Of a DNA stretch of 64,000 nt, positions 48,759 through 59,600 are shown piece by piece. Each line of letters begins with the position of its first letter. Within the stretch, counting starts at the first letter, position 1. The notes beneath the pieces are model-generated. The model was given only the letters and a program-made list of their open reading frames with translations. It was not told the DNA's origin and searched no databases. Origin of the DNA: Macrostomum hystrix (taxonomy: Eukaryota > Animalia > Platyhelminthes); assembly GCA_950097015.1 (NCBI GenBank), contig CATNEN010000034.1, forward strand, positions 1,488,001-1,552,000. The letters are read 5' to 3'. Position numbers and translations under genes: made by a program.

Positions 48759-51700
48759 TCAGCACTCAAACTCCCTTGTCGCCAGGCCTTTTAGGTCTTG
48801 AATTAGGCCGTCCAGTGTCTTAGTCATGTCGATGTCTTCAGAGGACAGCGCAAACTGAAACACCAAGTGGATGTTTGCAAGCTGAGGTGTTTGGGTGTCA
48901 CATAAGGTAATTGGATGTCAGCTGAAGTGGTTGGGTGTCAGCTGAAGTAGTTGGATGTCAGCTGAAGTGGTTGGATGTCAGCTGAAGTGGTTGGATGTCA
49001 GCTGAAGTGGTTGGGTGTCAGCTGAAGTGGTTGGGTGTCAGCTGAAGTAGTTGGATGTCAGCTGAAGTGGTTGGGTGTCAGCTGAAGTGGTTGGGTGTCA
49101 GCTGAAGTGGTTGGGTGTCAGCTGAAGTGGTTGGGTGTCAGCTGAAGTGGTTGGATGTCAGCTGAAGTGGTTGGGTGTCAGCTGAAGTGGTTGGATGTCA
49201 GCTGAAGTGGTTGGATGTCAGCTGAAGTGGTTGGGTGTCAGCTGAAGTGGTTAGGTGTCAGCTGAGGGGGTTTGGTGGCAGGTATTAATGGAGGCAAGTT
49301 TAGTTTCAGTGGGTTTATAGGTACAGGTGGTGGTAATGGTACAGGTGTCAAGTGTTGGGTGTCAGGAAATCAGGAAATAAAAGTACACAATATATTTTAA
49401 GAATTTTCTTACGCTTCGAGAATTTTGACTTTCCAACGTGAGACTCCCGATTGTAGCGTGACTATTCCTCAGCTGCAGCTGGTTGGGGTGCTGCTGCTGC
49501 TGCTGCTGCTGGTGGTCATGAAGCGGGAGCTGCCTGTGTCCCAAAGCCGGGTTGAGAATATCAGGTGCAGGGTAGGGCCGCGAATGCGCCGACGTGGACA
49601 TTACAGAAACGCCGGCTGTGGCAGCGGCATGTCGCTGCTTAGAAGCTGAGCCAATCGACGAGCTGAGGCTCGAGTGCGGGCTGGACAGCTTGCCGGCTGC
49701 AAGATTCAGTGCAGGTTTAGAACTCAAACTGTAGGACCTGTCACTCAAACTGTAGGCACTGTCACTCAAACTGTAGGTACTGTCACTCAAACTGTAGGCA
49801 CTGTCACTCAAACTGTAGGCACTGTCACTCAAACTGTAGGTACTGTCACTCAAACTGTAGGTACTGTAATTGAAACTGTAGGTACTGTTGTGGACTAAGG
49901 CAGAGAGACTGCGACTAAGAGTTGACGAAGATTTACAGCGATTTATTTATTGACTCACGAGTTAAATAGCAATCAGTGCCAAGGTGTAAAAGTGAGAGAG
50001 AAAGGCATGCACGCGGTTGATGTACATTAGACACCCAGAGAAGTGAACGCATATGTACGATGCATTGCCACACACTACAATCCTCCCACGCAAAGAAAAG
50101 AGAAGACTCGAAGGAAATAAATAAATTCAAAAAGAATAAAAACGCAGCAAGTGATTGGTGCAACTTAAGCAATATTAAGACAGTCCATGAATGAGTTCAG
50201 CGCAGCCATTCAATCAAAAGTTCAACCCGGCACATATCGATCAACCGGCATCCGCCTCCGCACCGGGTAGCGCCTCTGGGGCAGCTCGTCCGCAGCGTCT
50301 CCGCCGCCGTGCAGCTCGTGCGCGAAGGGCGGCTGCTCGAAACGCTCGACGTCGGGTGCCGGCAGGAACAGCGGCCGAAGGCGGTTTACGTTCACTCTGC
50401 GCGTCTTGCCATTCTTGCCGATCTCGACCACCAGATTGCGCTGGGACAGCACCCGCCAGCCGGTGTCCCAGTACGGCGCCAGCTTGGAGCCCCTCAGCTC
50501 GATGCGCAGCAGCACCTTGTCGCCCTGGCCGAATCTGCGCAGCTGCCCGGCTGACCTGTTGTAGTCGCTCTGCTGCTCGCCAGCCGCCTGCACCAGGTGC
50601 TCCTCGACAAACTCTCGAATGCGCAGCAGGTCGGCCTCCAGCTTGTATGCGTAGGTCCGCACGTCGTAGAACCGCCTGGGCTGCTGGCTGAGGACTGGCA
50701 GACAAGGGTCACGCCCGGTGAAGACCTTCAGCGGTGGCAGTCGCGTTGAGCAGTGCACTCGCGAGTTGTAGGACAGCAGGATCAGCGGCAGCTTGTCCTC
50801 CCACTCGCTCTCTCGCTCGGTGAAGCACCTGAGTAGTTGCAGCACGGACTTGTTTCCCGACTCGGCCAGTCCGTTTCCTTTCGGATTGTACGCTGTGGTT
50901 CTTGTCTTGGTGACTCCCAGGCCGCACAGAGTGTCTTGAAAGAGCTGGCTCTCGAAATTCGGGCCTTGATCCGAGTGGATGACTCGAGGCAGTCCAGCCT
51001 GGGAGCAGATTGAAAGGAAGACGCGAGCCGTAGTCTGGGCCGTCTGGTCTGGTAACGCCACAGCCGTCAGGTACTTGGAAAATTGGTCCTGAGCTACCAG
51101 CAGGTAATGGTTGCCGCGTGATGATGGTGCCACCTTGACGATGTCGATGGCCACCGAGTCCCATGACGATCCGATAGGCAGCTCTCCGAGTAGCGCCTTG
51201 GGCTGCGAGCCTGCCTTCTTCTCCTGGCAGACGGCGCAGCTCTGGCAGTGCTGCAGGACATCCTCAGCCATGCCCGGCCAGTAGGCAGTCAGCTTGAGCG
51301 TGCGGTAGCATTTCTCGGCACCGAAGTGGCCTCCCAGACCTTCGTGAGCGTCTGCTAGGAACTGGTGTCGTAGAAATGCCGGCACCACTGGAACTTCCCT
51401 CAGTCCGTCCAGGTCGTTGAACTTGCGGGAGAGAACTCCGTCATCATTCAATTTCAGCTTCCTCCAGATTCTGCTCAGCTGCTGCAGCGGTCCTGACCGC
51501 CATCTTGGAGGCACGTCTGGCTCGTTGACGATCGCTTGAATCACCTGACTAAGCTCTGGATCTTGCCGCTGAGCAGTTTTGAGCTCTTCCGAGCCGATTT
51601 CTGCTGTCAGTTGAGTCGCTGCAATTTCCGGGGCGTGCAGCCTGGACAGCGCGTCGGCATCAGAATTCTCCACACCTCTGCGGTACTTGACGGTGAAGTC

Positions 51701-54700
51701 GAACTCTTGGAGCAGCAGCCGCCAGCGACCCAGCCTACCATAGCTATCGATTCTCTGGGAATCGATGTAGGTGAGCGGGCAGTGATCCGTGTGCACCGTG
51801 AAATGCTTGCCAAGCAAGTAATGCCGGAAGACTTTGAGTAATGCCAAGCAAGTAGTGCAGGATGGCCAGACACTCCTTCTCTGTTGCCGAGTACTTTTTC
51901 TCCGCCGAGTTGAACGCCCTGCTCGAAAACTCGATCACTGCATCGCCTTGCTTCAGGATTGCACCGACCCCACTGCCGCTGGCATCCGTGAAGACAGCGA
52001 ACTCCTTGGAAAAGTCCGGGTTCACCAGGATCGGAGGACTCATCAGGCAGATCTTGAGCTCGTCGAAGGCAGCTTGGCACTCTGCAGTCCACTCAAACGC
52101 CACGCCCTTGCCAGTCAGGTGGTGAAGTGGTGCAGCGATGGCAGCGAAGTTGGCGACATGGCGGCGGTACTGGTTGCACAGGCCGATAAACTGGCGGATC
52201 TCCTTGACTGACCTCGGCTCCTTCCACTGCTGAATCGCCTCCAGCTTCTCTTTGCTTGGCTGAGCTCCCTCCTTTGAATAGCGCATGCCGAGGAAAGTCA
52301 CTTCAGGCACCGCGATCTTGCACTTGGAGCCTCTCAGTGTCAGTCCGGCTGCTCGGACACGCTGAAGTGCCTCTCGCAGTTGCAGCAGATGCTCCTTCCT
52401 GGTCTTTGAGAAGCACAGGCTGTCATCGAAAAACGTGAAGACGAAGTCACAGCCATTGAAAACTTTGGACATAAGCATGCAGAACGTGCTGGGGCCACCT
52501 GACAGGCCTTGAGGCATTCTCTTAAATTGGTATAGCGGCATCCCTGGTCCAGGGCTAAAGGCCGTCTTCTGTCTGTCTTCTTCAGCCAGAGGGATCTGGA
52601 AGTAACCTCCATTGAGATCCAGCACTGAGAACACCGTGCTGCCCGCGATTCGATCTCGTGCCTCCTCCATTAGCGGAATTCCTTGCGCCGACCGAATCGT
52701 CTTCTTGTTGAGCTCTCTGTAGTTGATGGTCAGCCGCAGACTGCCGTCCTTCTTGGTCACGTACACCGGTGGAGCCACGTACGGACTCTCGCTCAGTTCG
52801 ATCACGTCGTTCTCCAGCAGCTCCTGAATCAGCAGCTCCGTCTTCTCCCGGTAGTGCACGGGCATTCGGCGCGGTGGGACACGAACTGGCACCTCATCAG
52901 CGAGAACAATTCGATGCTGCTGGAGATGCGTAAGTCCCGGCTTCTTCTTGAACACGTCCTTGAACTCCATCAGCAGTCGCTGAACTTCGGGGTCATCGGT
53001 GGTTGGCGGCTCAAAATCCACGCAGCTGAACTCGGGCACGAGAGCATCCTCGATGTCAACTTGGTCGTCCGTCTCACTCTGGAACCTTGCACTGCAGATA
53101 CGACCAGCAGCTGCAGGGTTGGCCTTGAAGTCCAGCTGCAAACGGTGCTTGCCGATGAAGTCGATCCCGACGATGACAGGACAAACCAAATCGGACACCA
53201 CGTAGAACAAATGCAGCGCTGTCACTTTCCCGACTGTGAGCGGCAACTCGATCTGCCACTCGATGCTGATTGGCTGCTTGTTCACCGAGTGCAGCTGCAC
53301 TCCGGCTGAAGTTGCGCGGCTGAGCTGCGATTTCGTCAGAATGCTGGAGTCGACCAGTGAGCACTGGCTGCCGGTGTCTAAAAGCGCCTTCACACTTCTG
53401 CCATCAAGCTTGCACTCAAACTGCGAAAGTCGGTCGGGCGTAACGCTGCATCCACTGAAGACCCCGCCGACTGCGAGCGCTGGCCCCGGAACCTGCGCTG
53501 GTGAACCCGCAGTTACTGCTGGCCGAGGTGGCGGGCCCGCCCACCCCAGCCTCTGGCGTTTCCCGACTGCTGCCGCCGGCTGTAGCAGTCCTTGGCGATG
53601 TGGCCGGTTTTGTGGCAGTAGTTGTAGCAGACGATATCGGATCTCGGTCGGTGTGGCCTTGCTGTACTGCTGCTTCTCACTCCACAGGCTGCCAGCTGCT
53701 CCAGCTGGGTGCTCAATGTACTCACTGAGGCCTGCAGACTCTGCACTGTGTCCCGCAGCTCCTGAACTTCGCTGGACTGGCTCTGCCGAGGCTGTACCGC
53801 AGCTGCTTGCGTTGCTGCTGGATTGTGCTGCATCAGTAGCTGAGCCTTTTCAAGCGCTTGCACTGAGGTCTTGATGTTGGTGTCTGCTCGAATCTGCCAG
53901 CCCACGGAGTCTGGCAGGCCACAGATGAACTGATGAAACAGCAGGGCTTCTCGAGCATCCACATTGACCACGGCAGAGCTCTGCAGCAGTTTCTTCAACT
54001 CGTACAGGTACATGCGTGGAGTCTCACTTGCCAAAATTCTCCTCGCCTTGAACGCCTCCATGACGGCGAAGTGCTCTCGGTCCGGGTGGAAAGCATTCTC
54101 CAGTGCTCCAGTAACTTTGCCGAATTCTGCCTGATCGGCTGCAGACAGTTCCAAATAGACGACAAGGGCCTCGCCGTCTAGAAAAGTTGCCAGTCGCTCC
54201 GCCTTGCAAGCGTCCCACTTGTTCACTTTGGCACAAACTTCAAAACGCTGCAGCCATTCTTTAAAGTAGCCTGCACTGAATACTCTGGGCAGCGCTGCAC
54301 TAGCTTTCTCAGCCATTGTGGAAACCACGCTCTGCTACCACTTGTGGACTAAGGCAGAGAGACTGCGACTTAGAGTTGACGAAGATTTACAGCGATTTAT
54401 TTATTGACTCACGAGTTAAATAGCAATCAGTGCCAAGGTGTAAAAGTGAGAGAGAAAGGCATGCACGCGGTTGATGTACATTAGACACCCAGAGAAGTGA
54501 ACGCATATGTACGATGCATTGCCACACACTACACTGTAATTGAAACTGTAGGTACTGTCACTCAAAACGCAGTCTGGAGGTAAGGCTTCACTTACGCGAC
54601 GAAAAATCAGGCGCATCCACCCTCGGAGGCGAAACGATTGAGCCGAGTCGTTGTCCGCCTGCCTGCAGTGGCAGCTGATGTTGCTGCTGGTAGCCGCCCC

Positions 54701-56567
54701 CGCCTGTATTGGACAGATTTCTGAAGTGACCGGTTAGCGGCTGATTAGGCACCGGGCCAGAATCCAACAGGAGTGGCGGCGGAGGCTGGATGAGCATCAT
54801 CGGGTGGACGCCGCCTAAGCTGCCGCTATTGCCGGCACCGATGCGACCGGCGTTGAAGTCCATTGCCCGCAGTTCGAAATCAGCGTGACGACAAAGATCC
54901 GGAGTTCGCTGCTGCTGCTGCTGCTGATGCTGAAGCTGAAGCTGCTGGTGCTGAAGCTGATGTTGAAGCTGATGAGTCGCTAGAATAGCGGTGGATGTTG
55001 GCGGTGCAGACAGTGCAGAAGCCGAAACTAGCTTGCCCGGTGGTCCAGTCGGTGGCTGTAGTGACTGCTGCTGCTGTTGTTGCTGCTGCTGCTCCAGACC
55101 ACCAATCAGGCTGGCGCTCTCCTTCGCCGCTCTGGCCCGCTCGGAGTGTCTTGGCCGACGCTGCTGGCAGGCGCAGACGACGCCAGTGGAAATGGCCAGC
55201 AGTAGGAGGGCCAGGCCGAACACGCCACCAATGAGGAGCCACCAGCGGCGGCTGGACAGGCCATCGGAGTCGGCTCCGTCGGCTGAGTCTTGATTTTGGT
55301 TTTAACAGGAAATCAAATAGCTGCTCGCAATAATTGCTATGCAAAAATGTCTTACTAATTTTAATTTACCTCTCTGCAGGACGGAATCCGTGTTGTACAC
55401 CATGCCGCCACCGTTACCAGATGCTGGAAAAATTTTTGCGACAGGGATAAAACAGTCGGGTAGAGTTGCTTGGTAGGCTCATTTGCTAACAGCTAATGGC
55501 CAACAGAGTCATTACCCCCGCATCTAACAGGGTCACCACCCCTACATCTAACAGGGTCGCTACCCCTGTATCTAACAGGGTCATTAACCATACATCTAAC
55601 AGGGTCATTAACCATGGATCTAACAGGGTCATTAACCACGCATCTAACAGGGTCATTAACCACGCATCTAACAGGGTCATTAACCATGGATCTAACAGGG
55701 TCATTAACCATGCATCTAACAGGGTCATTAACCATTCATCTAACAGGGTCATTAACCATGCATCTAACAGGGTCATTAACCATGGATCTAACAGAGTAAT
55801 TAACCATACATCTAACAGGGCAGCATCAGGCTCCAGACTCACAGTCGGGCATCATGAACATGGTGACATTGCAGTCCGGCCCGAAGCCTTCGCTGTTCTC
55901 AGCCCGCACTCGGAAATAGTAGAGCGTGGCGGGCTTCAATCCGGCGATGACCACCTGGTTCTCGGCCGTGGTTGTGGTGTGCTCCTCGCCGCTACCTCTG
56001 ACTGGATCGTGTGGCCGATAGAGCACGGTGTACTTGGAAACTTTGCCGTTTGGCTCCAGAGGCGGCAGCCAGGAGAGCATAACGGCCGACATCGAAGACA
56101 TCGACAGGGCCGACCGACTGACTTTAAGGTCGCGCGGCGGACTACCAGGCGCCTCGGCCAGGGTGGCGAACACGGCCCGCATGCTGAACTCGGATGGGGC
56201 CGGAGTCAACTCGGCGTGGCAGCGTACCCGCACAGAGTAGGCCGTGCTCGGCCGCAGCTTGGCGAGGCGCACGCTCAGCTCGCTGGTGTTCCGATGCCAG
56301 GTCGACTGCGTCAGGGTCTGTCCCAGCTGAGGCTGATCGGCCGTGTCGAACGACCATTCAACTTCGTAGATTCGACGCTCCGGCTCCACGCCAGGCAGGC
56401 CGAGCTGCGGATCGGTCCACGAGACCACAACACTGCGGCTGGCCAGCTGCGTCACCTTCACTGCCATGGGCACCTGCGGCGGCTGGCGCGAGTCTGCGGA
56501 GAAGGGGCGGTCTAGACCGTCTGTCTACTTGTCTGTCTACCTGTCCACCTACCTGCCTACGTGTCTA

Positions 56568-56624
<57 letters not shown>

Positions 56625-59600
56625 TTGTCTGCCTGTCTATCTGTCTATATGTCTGTCTGTTTGTTTGTCTGCTTGTCTATCTGTCTATATGTCTGTCTGT
56701 GCTGGGTGTCCGGGTGTCTGTCTGCCTAGCTGTCTGGCGTGTCACAATGAAGCAAAGCGGAACAGCAGTGTATCGGGCTGCAACTTACACAGCTGGTCGT
56801 CTGAAATAGCGGAACGAAGCAGGGCGGTTGAATTGCAGATTAGCGGAGGCCAGTACAGTTGGTAAGGCCAAGGTATTTCAACTGAATATTATTACTCTTT
56901 GTATGGAGCTATAGACAACTTTACTATATTCTAGTCAGCAACAATAGCTAACAAAGGGAGATCATATAAAGTTACTTAAATATTTTCTAATTACCTTTCA
57001 AACCAAGCGTATTAGCGACAATAGTCGACACAAATTGAAAATCCTGCTTAACAGCCATTATGGCGATGAAGTAGCGCTGGTCCGGCCCTAGAATAGAAAT
57101 ACAGGTCATTTGTGCTGTATGTACTACTTGAAATGGCAATTCAGTAGTGCTAGGCAGAAAAAACTGAGAATTGTGCCAATCGCAGTGATTTAAGCAAACA
57201 TTAAAAGCTGAATTATTCAGATTAAGCACAACCCCAAGGTTTAGTGCGGCCGGTGGCAGAAACAGCTGACAAGCAACTTCTACTACATTTGCAGTTTGAT
57301 GCGCAAAGAAGAACCAAGAAAAAAAAGAATAAGATGCAATCTTTCGCAAGCAGCTGTCCAGTCTGTTCTGTTCTGTTGGTTTTCGGGGGAGTGGTCCCTA
57401 ACTATGACTGCTGCTGCAGCTGTTGCTGCAGACCTTTCATATTCTTTACGTAAAGCAAGCAAACATGGATTCGGGTATTGCTACTTTGCAGTGGCAGCAC
57501 CACACGATTCGCTTTATCGTGCAAATTGATTGCAAAGCTGCTGAATACTGCTCTCTTGCTGGCTTACTGTGTATTTAACTTCAGCCTGACTGAATCAAAG
57601 AGAAAAGTGAAATAATACTATTACAGTTTGACCCCTAATTACATCTGCTTACAGGCAATCATGTTGGAGGAAGGTATTCGCCAAGCACAACTCTAGGGTC
57701 TTAGATGGCGGCTGTCAGATAAGCTTGATGGCGCGAATAAAGAAACCATCAGTTGGACTTATCGCGATGAAGGTAGAAATAGTGGGATACAGAAGGGTGG
57801 AGAAATTAGGAACGATAATCCGCTTCTTCATTCGATATCGAATGAGCCCACAGAGCTACAGAGCCATAGAGAAGGCGGGTCATGCCATTGACTCTGACCC
57901 AATGTGTTGGGAGGTGGGTCATGCCCTGACTCTGACCCAATGTGTTGGGAGGTGGGTCATGCCATTGACTCTGACCCAATGTGTTGGGAGGTGGGTCATG
58001 CCATGACTCTGACCCAATGTGTTGGGAGGTGGGTCATGCCACTGACTCAGACCAAGTGTGTTGGGAGGTGGGTCATGCCATTGACTCTGACCCAATGTGT
58101 TGGGAGGTGGGTCATGCCCTGACTCTGACCCAATGTGTTGGGAGGTGGGTCATGCCATTGACTCTGACCCAATGTGTTGGGAGGTGGGTCATGCCCTGAC
58201 TCTGACCCAATGTGTTGGGAGGTGGGTCATGCCATGACTCTGACCCAATGTGTTGGGAGGTGGGTCATGCCATTGACTCTGACCCAATGTGTTGGGAGGT
58301 GGGTCATGCCCTGACTCTGACCCAATGTGTTGGGAGGTGGGTCATGCCATTGACTCTGACCCAATGTGTTGGGAGGTGGGTCATGCCCTGACTCTGACCC
58401 AATGTGTTGGGATGTGGGTCATGCCATGACTCTGACCCAATGTGTTGGGAGGTGGGTCATGCCACTGACTCAGACCAAGTGTGTTGGGAGGTGGGTCATG
58501 CCATTGACTCTGACCCAATGTGTTGGGAGGTGGGTCATGCCCTGACTCTGACCCAATGTGTTGGGAGGTGGGTCATGCCCTGACTCTGACCCAATGTGTT
58601 GGGAGGTGGGTCATGCCATTGACTCTGATCCAATGTGTTGGGAGGTGGGTCATGCCCTGACTCTGACCCAATGTGTTGGGAGGTGGGTCATGCCACTGAC
58701 TCAGACGTGGTGGGTCATGCCATGACTCAGACCCAGTGTGTTGGGAGGTGGGTCATGCCCTGACTCTGACCCAATGTGTTGGGAGGTGGGTCATGCCATT
58801 GACTCAGACCCAATGTGTTGGGAGATGGGTCATGCCACTGACTCAGACACAATGTGTTGGGAGGTGGGTCATGCCCTGACTCTGACCCAATGTGTTGGGA
58901 GGTGGTGGGTCATGCCACTGACTCAGACCCAATGTGTTGGGAGGTGGGTCATGCCACTGACTCAGACCCAGTGTGTTGGGAGGTGGGTCATGCCACTGAC
59001 TCAGACCCAGTGTGTTGGGAGGTGGGTCATGCCATTGACTCAGACCCACACGGCTTTATGATCCGTAAAAATCAAGAAAATTCTAAATAGAGCTACATAG
59101 CAAACACAGGCGTCAGGCCTAATACTAGGGCACATTTTTAATCCAGTAGGAAAATCGTGTAATAGAATTAGCGACAGAATGCAGGCATGAAAATGTAGAG
59201 ATTAAAATCTCAGTCCTGGCTAACTCTCCCCTATCCAGTGTTCAGCCAGCCGCAACATGCAGTGAGTGGCCGCATGCGACCCTACACAGTTCTGTCTCAG
59301 GTAGGCGCGGTGAAAGCCGGAGATGGAGCGAGAGGGGCGTGAGTGGAGCGGGTGCAGCAGCAGCAGTACGGTCTTGACCACGCAATCAGTAATTATTGCT
59401 AGCTGGCTGCCAACTGGCTGTAAAAGCCGTACTTAAAAACAACCTAATAGTTAAGAGACCAGTTTTGAGAGGCCGAAAGGCAGATGGTATTCCCAAGGCT
59501 ATAAAATAGGTTGTATGTGTACTGGTCAATGCTATTAAAAAAGGCATTAGCTCATAAAGAGTGGTATTTTAGCTGATGCATAGTCCAGTCTCGCTTAACA

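Larger units (their letters stand above)
49889..54533 (-). mobile_element. Full-length Ty3/Gypsy LTR retrotransposon (4645 bp) with 191-bp LTRs and a 4-bp TSD CTGT
   Basis: LTRs 49889-50079 and 54343-54533 have TG...CA ends and 1 mismatch. CTGT lies at 49885-88 and 54534-37. PBS at 54322-54340, PPT-like GGGAGGA next to the 3' LTR. Domain order is gag-PR-RT-RH-IN. Confidence 0.97.

Noticed and set aside
5582-59090. Long ORFs lying within tandem arrays (e.g. 5582-6874, 14899-15840, 31197-32393, 39923-40492, 55496-56515, 57904-59090)
   Set aside because: They are periodic translations of stop-free repeat units, open in several frames, and most lie inside introns of supported genes.
59200-59400. 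GC-rich stretch as a missing frazzled exon
   Set aside because: The FN3 repeat is already completed in phase by exon 57087-56995, and the translation shows no FN3 features.
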